DNA of 57,128 bases from Cystobasidiomycetes sp. EMM_F5 (taxonomy: Eukaryota). The stretch is taken from positions 186,001 to 243,128 of the forward strand of contig JBPGPT010000024.1 in NCBI GenBank assembly GCA_051047955.1, written 5' to 3'. The position numbers and the translations under genes were made by a program. Position 1 is the first letter of the stretch. Every line of letters starts with the position of its first letter. Positions 27,579 through 37,740 of the stretch are shown piece by piece. Under the pieces are notes generated by a model, which made no database searches, was not told the DNA's origin, and worked only from the letters and a program-made list of their open reading frames with translations.

Positions 27579-29293
27579 CTAGCTTGCCACAGCGATCGCG
27601 GTCATCAGACTCGAACACCGTACGGCTAGATCCTCTGTCAACTGAGCCGTCTTTCTAATCCTACTATCCCATCTAGCCGTTTCAGGGGCAACGAGGTATG
27701 GAGGTAATTCACCTGTTCCCATCCCGTCTTCCAATGATGCAGCTGCAGCAGCAGCCGCAGCGACGTTTGAAGACCCACTTTCCGTCTTCTCATCCTTGTT
27801 TTCAGCTCGTTCGAACGTGATGAGGCCCTCGACTTGATCGATCGTAGCGCCTTTCAATCGGCCTTGGATAATCATTGTTCGAGCCATTGCTTCTGCGGCG
27901 CCTTTGGTGAGGCTGAGTAGTTTACCGAGACCGGAAAGAGTGATGTTGGAGTAGATGAGGGATGCAGAAAGTAGATTATGTTCCATGATGGCCTTGTCCA
28001 ATACGTTCTCTGGACCTTGTTTACGGCGTATCCTGCTAGTTGTCTTTGCAGCCTCCCCTATTTGCATGTCACTCTCGCCCGTCTCGACTTCTTCATCATC
28101 GTCCTCGTCAAGTTGCTCCTCGTCATCTGCAACGATGACCAACGACGAAGGACCCAGTTTGGCTTTCTGATGATCTGCCAGCGATTCCGCAAACTGTGCA
28201 GTCTCTTTCGGCTTGATGATTCTGTCTAGAAACATTGCAGAGAGAATCTTGTAGTTTGGTAGTTGAGCGGATCGTTCGTCTCGGTATAGCGTCGCCAAGA
28301 GTCGGGATCGTCGGGGCCCCGCAGCAGAGAGTATGGCACATGTCACTGCAGCACTGAGCATCTGCAATCGCTCTCCAGCGTCGATGGCTGGGACGTAGCT
28401 GTGTAATATATACCGTTTATTTAGCGCGAGCATATAAAGAAGGGTCGTCTTTTCCCACCTGATCTCGTGATACTTGCTTGCTGCTTCGGGGAATTTGCGT
28501 TGCGAGTCGTAGATACGTGCTTGTGACAGCTTAAAGCCAACTGCAGGGAGCCGACGTTAGCAAATACATGCAACACTATTGAAACTCGTCGATGCGCACG
28601 GATAGTCTCCTGATCGTTTGTCAACCTAATGAGATTTTGCGCTCGCGAAAGGTAGCTTTGTGCCGAGACTGTGTCGTTGTCTTCGAGAAGCAGGCGTACG
28701 ATGCGAACGTACATCTTGAGCTTGTACTCGTCGGTGACCGTTCTACGTGGAGAGATGCGTAAGAAGGAGGATAAATTCCGCAGAGATACAAAGCACACCT
28801 GTTACTCGACTCGAAGGGAATGCCCTGGAGCATCTTTGCAGCCTCGCTCCACTCTTCCTCCTGCTCGAGCGCGTCTGCCAGTAGTTCTCGCAATGACGCA
28901 GTCTAGGCCATCAGACGATACTTTCTCAGCGACATTATCAGTATATATCCCCAATGTAAATCATACCTGCTCCTCAAAGCTCGCCTGCCTTGCCAACAGT
29001 GCTTCGAGTATACCTCTTGCTGCGTCCTGCTTTGCCTCTCTATCCGATATCGCTCCATCGGTCAGCCTCTTTACGAGCACTGCGACTACCTGCTTGGACA
29101 CGACCAAGGCTACCGAGTCTTGAATGACTGCCCGCACAAATGCAACGAGCTGACGGGCTGCAGCTGCCTGGTCATCAGCGTTGGACTGCAGGATCCTGTC
29201 CAAAAGGGCAGTGAATGCGCCAGTCTTGCCAGTGGACGGCAGGCGGTCAATATCTGCGAGCGCAGCCTGCATATCCCCAGCTGAGACGGTCAT
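27579..29293 (-). CDS. CSN4: COP9 signalosome subunit 4
   Basis: SFEEQ...LRELLADALEQEEEWSEAAKMLQGIP, KLKMYVRIVRLLLE, AVTCAILSAAGPRRSRLLATLYRDER, and PCI domain KAIMEHNLLSASLIYSNI...IDQVEGLITF. Confidence 0.95.
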
Positions 29294-29873
29294 GGTGTGT
29301 GAGTGCGAGCTGTGTCGTGGTTGATAGCAGAAACGGCCGTCGTTTCAATCTAACATTAATGATCACCGCTGGGCAGTATAGCGGAGACTGGCTGCACTGA
29401 CTTGTGTCCAACGTGCTCACTGACCTCAATAATATGCTCGCACTGATCTTACACGGGTCTTCTTGACCTCCCCAGCTGATCTCGTCGCCTCCTCGGAGCC
29501 CCGCCAAAATCGCAGAAAGACCTGGTTGTTTCTTTCCGCCATTCAGCACACAGCCACCACCACGAACAACGAAAGATCCTTGCATCGTCATCGTCATCGC
29601 TAACAATACTTTTGGTTGACAGGGCCATTCGTCGTCCGGATCTTGGCAATGGCCAAATGCGGAATGACCACCGCCCACACGGTGTGACCGCTCACCGGAA
29701 GCGGACGTATTCGAGGTATCACAGCCGCACTCGATGGATGGCACTGGGAGGTTCGCAATTTCTGGCGGTCTGCTTCTTCTCGTACCCTATCAGCACTCTT
29801 GCTACCATCACACTCATTTCGCACATCCCCCAAATACCAAAGTTCCATCTGCTGGCCAGATTCACTCCCCAAC

Positions 29874-32628
29874 ATGCTTCTCCCTACCTTTATCGCAGCT
29901 TTGCACCTCGCGACATCCCTCTCTACGACTGCGGCCACCCATGTCCCTGTTGGAGCTAGAAGCGGGTCTTTTAGACTCCCTGCAGGATCCAGCAACCTGA
30001 GGCATCGCATGAAGCGTCAGAATCTCGATGGGAAGAAGGCTCTTTCTCGAACAGTTCTTGGTGCCTCTTGGATCGACTCCCTTGATGGTAGCGACGGAAA
30101 GACTGGATTGGCAATGTCTACGCCGTTGGAGGTGTACAGGCTTTCTAAGCGGGAAGCTGAGAGTAGTAAGCTAATACCCTCACTGCTTTTGATTGTACAC
30201 AAATTGAGTATCAAACTGCTACTACAGGCCAGGACGGCAGTGACACCTGCAAGACAGACGATGGTAGCATCACGACCGGCTGCGTAGTAGTGGCTGGAGT
30301 TGCCGTCGTGTTCCTAGGTGAGGCGCATACTATGTCTAGCATAGTCTCGCTCGCAACTGACAAAGTCATGTCTGTTTATTCTTGGCCACAGTCAGCCTTG
30401 GAGTCTGGGTCTCTGTCAAGGTCTACAGACTCTACTTTATCACTTCGCCGCTCGGTAATGAGAACATCAATGGCAGATATGCAGCAACTCTTGAAGACTG
30501 GAACAAATTGCCACAAGACGTTAAAGACTACGTCCAGAAGAACACCCAGGATCCGTCGCTAAAGTCCAACCTCGACAAGGCTAAGGATGCTGGATTGATC
30601 GCAGGTCGGTCTACACTCCAACGTTGTTGCCAGCTTGTCCGCTCAAATTAGGCGCTTTACACTTATTTCAGATGATCCGAAAACAGCCGAGGCTAAACTT
30701 CGCACATACCTCGACCACTGGAATAAAAATGGCGGAACTATGATTGAAACTACAGACGACAAGAATAAACTGGGATCTAACTATAAAGTCCTCGATGCTG
30801 CCACGCAAGCCAAACTCCAGGCCGACTACCCGAATACCTTGAAAATGCAAGAGGGATGGGCCAACTTTGACTTTGTAAGCACAGTCGCATTATACCATTA
30901 TACTTACAGTAATACTAACGAAAACTCCCAATAAATTGTTCTTAACAAGGTTCAAGCTGCACAAGCTGCTGGCCTTTCACCCTACATGGGTACTGACAAT
31001 CAAATCCAGGCGTACGACTTTGATGTAGTCAACGCCGGAATTGAGGCTCAAGTCAACGAGCAACTCCGGATCCTTGCGGATAATTATAACGCTGAATACG
31101 GACAAACCGTCGTGGAAGAAGATGGTGAATGGGTTCAAAAGCAATCGACGGATATTCCCGACTGGATGAAAGGCTTGTTTGATGCTTCCAGTACTGTTGT
31201 TCGTTTCAAACGCTCTCTTCCCGTTCACCCGTGGCCAGACTGACATCGCCTACGGTGTTCAGTTCAGGAGATACTACTTTGAGGACGCCGTCACTACTGG
31301 CAAGATACCGGAAGCGTTGGCAGATGCCGTCAGGCCAATCATGGAATTCGAGTGGTCAGAGGGATCCAAAGAAGCCGCTCAAGGACTGTATGATACCTGG
31401 CTACAAGCCTCAGCAATCGATAAGCCAACTCCAGAAACAGTGGGTCACAAACCCAATATTTCTTCCGGATAGTAAACTCACCCCTCTTAAATCTATGCTA
31501 GTACGTCAAATTTCTTGATGCTGGCGTCTTCAAAATCTCTGGCTTTCAAGACATGTTCAAAGCCATGGATAGGACCGCCTTTGATAGTCTGGCAGCAGAT
31601 CTTGGGGTGCAGAACTACCAGCCTAGGTAGGTCATATCGCTAAGAGAGACGGAAAAACATCTAATGATTCCTACAAATGCAAGGTTTCCCAACGATGCGG
31701 CTCTTCCGCAGAACAATGGCGGGGACAATGGAAGTGGTGATGTCAATCAACAGCCCTCGAAGGACGCCGGAGGTCAAGATGTCTCTGGTAGCGGCGATGA
31801 CCAGAAAGGCAATCAAGCACCCTCAAAGTCTGGCAACTCAGGTAACACAGGGCAGCAGACCGGCAATAAAGGTGGAAATGGGGAACCTGGTCTTGATCCA
31901 GACTGGAGTGACGCTAGTAGTCAGTAATCGTCCGCTTTGACCACAGGCATGGCTGATCTTCTGTGATTCAGCGCCTGATAAGATCGTAGACTCAATTATG
32001 GGTCAGCTCAAAACGAGATGGGGTATAAACACGCCTTCCGACTTCGGGTCCGCCGACAAACAGGTAGCTATCATGGTGCATCAAATCTCGTTGCGATTGT
32101 CAGCTAATGTATGCCCTTCACAGATGGCAGCAATGTTCGATGATCTGCAACAGCGAAGCAAAGCAGCCACAGGTAAAGCATGGCCGGAAACTATAGCGAA
32201 TAGTATCCTCGACGACCTACGGACGGCTACCGAAACCCTCTACGACAGCTTACCAGTCAGTAGCACCAAATGCATCTCAGCGTTTCCTGTGAACTGACCG
32301 TTTGGCACAGGGCGCACAAGTGGCAGGCCAGGGCAATGATCCGTCGAAACAAAGTCAATCGAATGAAGATATATGGAATGAAGGTGGTCCTAATCAACAA
32401 CAGCAAGCTAGTGGTCGGACCGGCCTTAACAACGATCCTGGTACCAACGTCGATACAACCAAACCCAACTATAATTCTCCTGACAAACCAGGCAGCGGCG
32501 GCGCCACGGACGAGACTGGCAAGACCGACAAAACCGTCGAGACACTGCCAGATGAGGTTTTGCCCGCCAGAAAGCGACAGATGGTCCGTCGAGTCAAGCG
32601 TCAGGCTCCTGTCCGGATCTCGTTGTAA
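29874..32628 (+). CDS. Gene A1: uncharacterised secretory-pathway preproprotein, about 11 exons
   Basis: Signal peptide MLLPTFIAALHLATSLSTTAA. Dibasic sites RMKR and LSKR-EAE. Then C-x10-C and hydrophobic VVVAGVAVVFLVSLGVWVSV, a helical body, G/N/Q/D-rich linkers and basic tail LPARKRQMVRRVKRQAPVRISL*. Exons splice in phase at the same positions as A2. Confidence 0.85.
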
Positions 32629-33027
32629 CAGACAGACAAGTATAGCCCAAGCTCCGCCACCCTCTCAAACTCACCACGAGGTCTGCTCAAAACCTTGTTT
32701 GGATCGTTCTGCACACGATGTCAATTCCATCTGCGCCGTATTTAACGTTATCACATAGTAATTGGCAAACCTCAGATTTCCTGACATTGCTATTCATGAA
32801 GAATCAGTACGATCAGCAAGCTTAGTGAGAGAGTAGAGCTTGAAAGTGCGAGATCGAAATTGCAAAGGGCTTGCTCTCTAGCTGGCCGTTCACTATAGCG
32901 TACATGTTTTGGTTTAGCGTGCTTCAACTCGCCAGCTGCAGACTCATACAGTCGACTACGGAAGGTTGGCGGTGTGGAGCACATCGAAATAGAAGTCTCT
33001 CTCTTTATACCCCTTACGTCTTCACTT

Positions 33028-36000
33028 TCATGATCCACCTCGTGCGGCAGCGACCGGGTTGAAGTTTGTAGTCGATGCATCGCAGTCATAATCTGAGACT
33101 GCAGCAGCTGTCAGACGGGTTTCTGGCCACCAATTCGGCATACGGCGCTTACACAGATTATCGTAATGAATATAATCAGACGTGCACGTTGATTGAGCAC
33201 AGCTGGCAGCTCCGTATGCGCCAGAAGCCCCACTAAAGTTGCAAACCCTTTTTTGCAAATGAGCATTTCTCTTCCAAGGGTATCCCATTGGCACTGGGCA
33301 GCTTGGCCTACGATGAACAGACGTCAATGAGAGATTTGGCGGGAACGAAGATGTATTCTACCTCGCTTGAGCTTCATGGTACGCTTCGCTGCAGAACTTG
33401 TATCCTTGAGGCCATAGTGGTCCAGAGCACGTATTGTACGAGCCACTGGTCGAACCCATCTCTGCAGGACGTTATGTGAGCTCTATCCCCGGATCAACTA
33501 GCCTTGCACGTACGATTTGCGCAGTAATAGGAGATGCCCTCCAAGGTGTCGCAGTCGACGGGCGCATTGGAATCCTTGCAATACTGCTTAAGTTGTTGGT
33601 CGTCAACGTCGCACACAGGGATGTTGACAACACAGGTGTCTGTTGCAAGACGGCCAGTGAAACCGATGGGTTGCGGGAAATCCTTTGGGTCACTGCTAAG
33701 TGGGAAGCCACCCCAGGGGTTTACCGTTTTATTTGTTGAGCAACTGAGTGCAGCATTAAATCTATGTAGAAGTGTGTCAGAACACGTCAAGTACCTCGCG
33801 ATTAGTAAAAGGCTCACAATACGTCCAGACTGAATCCGTATTCCTCTCCAGTTGCAATACTGTCCAATTGATCAGACGTCAGTCCGACGCCGATACTAGC
33901 ATCGTATATGGCTGCAGCCTGTACGTCGCAAGGCGCTGGTCAGATCGCGAGCGCCAAAACCGCGTTGACTTTACATACAGGGCAACCATCGAGATCTGAG
34001 ATCGGCCAGAAAGTCTGTTCCCAATATGTAGCGTAGTATAGGCGACTATCGATGCAGGTAGCGCTATTCGCTGATGCCGCTGTACCCTTCAAGGCCGTCT
34101 GACAAGAAGCTGCATCTCCATAGTCTTTGGTAGTGAAGAATATCTTTCGGTCGCGGAAGATCTGTGGATGTAAAACTCAGCACTCTGATGAAGCTTACAA
34201 GCTACCGAGGCTCACGTCGGTGAGCAAGTTTGCCATCAAATATGCAACCATAGTATGAACACTAGCGTAGCTGGGGAACGCGTGAATCAATGAGTCTACC
34301 ATGCCGGGCTTGGACACAAGGTCGTAGATAGATTCGTAGTCTGAAATTGGTACATCTGGGATTAGCTTGACAAATGACTAGGAGTCAGGTCAGACCCACC
34401 TTGAAATCGAGAGCTGACGACCGTGTTTTGCTGCGTCGTATAGTGGTCCTGTTCCGCAGAAGTGTAAGCTGCAGGTCTTAGCGCGCACGGAAGCTTGACG
34501 CGTACGATTATTGGGTCCAATGTTGCTCGGTAGGATGCCGCGTTTAGGTCAGGTTCTGGTATGTTATTTAGTCAGCCAGTGCAGCGATGCGCTACTCGTG
34601 CAACAACACAATACGTACCAGGTGCCATAGGATCGTTTTTGGTTTGCTGATTGTACCATGTCATGAAACCTGAGTTGCCAATCATGAGGAGCATATCCAA
34701 TGGCATCGTTTCCGGGGCAACAAGCATCATTATTCCCAGCACACCGTTCATTATACTGTCGTTGAGACAAGCTGTTAGCCCCAGTCCGCCCAATTTCATG
34801 GGGAAAGAACTGTTCCTCACGTAGAAGTCAATTGCACTTTGAAAGTCCGATGTAATGGCAATGAAGTTAGCGCGTATTTCGTGCAAAGAAAACAAATCAC
34901 ACTGCACCTGGATCCATCGAGTTGTCCGCTGCCTGCTTGCTCAAGCCGAACCCATTGACAATGTTATCCATAAGATTGTCGACATGTTGCAAGGCAGTAT
35001 TCGCGTTTCCTATGAGATTCCAGCTGACAGGTACAAGACATCAGATTTGGTGTCAACTGCTGGCCTTCGAGGAACGCACGCAATGTTGTTGTAATTGCTC
35101 AAAGCCTCCAAGATCAGATCTGCAAATGCAAGCGATATGTACTTATAATTTAGTGAACGATGTATGTTTACACCATGATGACTCCTCACAGGCGCCAACT
35201 TGGTCTGAGATACGCGAAGACGTGAGCAAGGTCGTGCCCAATTGCATCGAGAACATCTATCGTACCTTGACGATAGTACAAATCTTTCGTTCCGGTAGGC
35301 GTGTATGGCGAAACAGGGGTGTCGATGACGCATTCTGCGGCTCTAATACATATGTATCGACTGATCAGTTGTATACGACTCTCGTCTATCAACGGAAGAT
35401 TGCGTACGGTGTGCAGTCGAAGGTGTAGCCATCCTTTAATGTGGCGGCAAATTGGTGCGTGAATGTAGTCGACGAAGTGCTACACAGCGTGACAACATCA
35501 GCGTGACAACATCAGCGTGACAACATCAGCGTGAGTTGCGCCCCAGCGACAAAGCAGTATCAGACACACTCCATTGTGTCTAGGCCGTTTTCCTTGACAA
35601 AGCCCGTAAACCAATCGAGGATGTTGCATTTCTCTGCGAACCAGCACGAGCGTACACAGCGTTAGCTACGTGCATATCCCGCAAATGCACATTACCCTTA
35701 CCAAATATGCCCTTGAGAGCAGAAGCAGTTGGATCATACAATGTGTAACAGAAATCATCCTTTGCAAGTAGAAGAAATTGTCAGCCAGTCTATTCTACCT
35801 ATACAAACGGTGCATAAAAGAACCTGGAGCGCAGAACACTGATTGAAGAGCGAGTCCCAGTATCCCATGGCACCCAGTCCACAATCCCGACAGACACCTT
35901 GGTAACAAGTTGTCTGGCCAAGTTGGTCTTGTGTAGTGCAGGCCAGACCTATGCCTCCACAATTATTTATATCTGATGATATGTCAATACAATTGCCAGT

Positions 36001-36760
36001 ATTGGGATCTTTGATTGAGCCAGTAGCGCATTGGGCATCGCTGTCGTACAGAAAGTATCAGAGACGTGTCAGCAGGACCGGAAGCTGCTGGAATGAGAAG
36101 TCCGGATCTGCGTCGCTCACCATTTGCCTGTTGCGCAAGGCGCAATACTGGTATACGTTGCCGAAGTTACAGAAATTGACGACGAGGACGAGGAAGAGCT
36201 TGAGGTGCTTGAGGTGCTTGATAAGAGACTGGTAGAGGAGGAGGAGGACGTGGAAGTGGAAGAAGCCGAGACAGTAGAAGTAGTGGAAGAAATGGACGAA
36301 GTTGTAAGGGAAACAGACGTTGATGTCGTGCTGGGAGTAAAGAAAGATGCGGATTTGGATGTAGCGCTTTCTGCGGTTGACGATGTCGAGTAGGCGCTGC
36401 TCGTCGACGAAGCCTCTTTGGACGATGACCAGCTCGTGGAAGAGGACGAGGCTGATTTCCAAATGTCGGCTGCTGTTGTAGCAGAGTATCCCGACGAAGA
36501 GGCTAACGACCATGCATTCTTCGCAGTGGAAGAATCGGCACTGCCACCACGACGCACCAGGCGTCTGAAGTGTGAGCTATCACGGTCGTTGACATTCAGG
36601 TGTCGACCACCATGATGCTGATTGCCGTCGACGGCTGTGATGAGAACGACACTCCAAATCGTCAGAGCCCGTAATTGATGCCTATAGCCACTTGCAAATG
36701 CTCACCGGTAAGAATACACAGGGCAGCCAGAAGGAGCGCAGGTTGAAATGTAGCGAGCAT
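33028..36760 (-). CDS. Gene B1: uncharacterised secreted Cys-rich protein, about 20 introns
   Basis: Signal peptide MLATFQPALLLAALCILTAVDG, then RRLVRR and an S/T stalk. Cys module CIDISSDINNCGGIGLAC. Central region DLILEALSNYNN ... IMNGVLGIMMLVAPETMPLDMLLMIG. C-terminal Cys-rich region and WKRNAHLQKR-VCNF...AARGGS*. Confidence 0.85.
35485..35534. repeat. 14-bp tandem repeat (CAGCGTGACAACAT) x3.6 in an intron of gene B1
   Basis: cagcgtgacaacat-cagcgtgacaacat-cagcgtgacaacat-cagcgtga read directly. Absent from the equivalent B2 intron. Confidence 0.95.
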
Positions 36761-37740
36761 CCTGTCTCCACTTAGGACCAGCTAGCGGGTAAACTTGACG
36801 CAAACAAGGGTTGGAGGGTATACGAAGACGCTAGGCAAGACTTGAGAGGGATTAGAGACGTCTATAGTTGTAGGCTGCCTGCCCTGCTCGGTGCAAATGT
36901 CAAACTTAGTATTCCTTCAGACCTCAGGCACCAACTGCCATATTCGTGCTGCGAACATCGCCAGCTGGGGCCTGGCTGTCACAGAATGGGACAGATGGCC
37001 ATGCGGGGCTGCGTGCAAGTCTTTGCATTCCCGATGTATACATCAGTGAGCGTAAAAGGGCTGCAGCTCCGCCGTCGGAGGCGTCGTGCTCGAAAGATGC
37101 AGTGTATGCCGTGGTGTCGAAGGTGGACGGCTGATGGCAGCCGCAGTCTATCTGCAAAGCGAGGTCCGCATGGCTCCAGTTCAGATGGTCATGGTCATGG
37201 CCTGTGTGCTTTCGCGGCGTGCATTTGTCGAAGGCAACGCCGTATTGTCCTCTCATTTTCATGGCACTGACCACTTGAGTATACGCTGACAGACTTGAAT
37301 ACTCATACGATGCTCTCACTGACTCTAACGGTCTTACTAACCACTGCAAACGGTCTCGTCTACCTTGCTGAAGAGCCTGAGCCCGTCAGTGGCAAAAGGG
37401 CCTTGTTGTGCTTTGCGGTTTTCAGCACACAGCCCCGCCCAAAACCATACAGCAGCTGCAGCAGAGACACACACAGCGACGTGTCTAACAATAACCTTGA
37501 CAGGGCCATGCGCCGACCGGATCTTGGCAAAAATGGCACAAATGGCCGAATGCGGAATGGTGCCCACAGCCTACTGTATATAGATGTACGTTCTGGACCA
37601 CTGATCAGAAGCGCACCTTAAAATTGTTATCACTTTATGGAATTGACGGTTCCCTTCCTAGCATACGTACAGCTCAGCTTTGATAGCAGCTGAATCCGTC
37701 ACCACCTTCATAGTACCTCCTGTTCAGATTTCCCCACAAC

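Larger units (their letters stand above)
29520..37310. repeat. Tandem segmental duplication, copy 1 (gene A1 + gene B1 with upstream regions); ends approximate
   Basis: Colinear homology with 37400-44820 across both genes and their upstream DNA. Offset 7.7-7.9 kb (A starts 29874/37741, B starts 36760/44442). Confidence 0.93.

Noticed and set aside
29874..30170. Pheromone precursor or mating-type locus suggested by KR-EA
   Set aside because: No repeated mature peptides, no CAAX ORF, and no STE3 receptor or homeodomain genes seen in the window.
35485..35534. CRISPR-like array
   Set aside because: Direct head-to-tail 14-mers with no spacers, in a eukaryotic intron.
36124..36615. Acidic plus-strand ORFs (also 43842-44090)
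   Set aside because: Antisense shadows of the Ser/Thr-rich exon of gene B.
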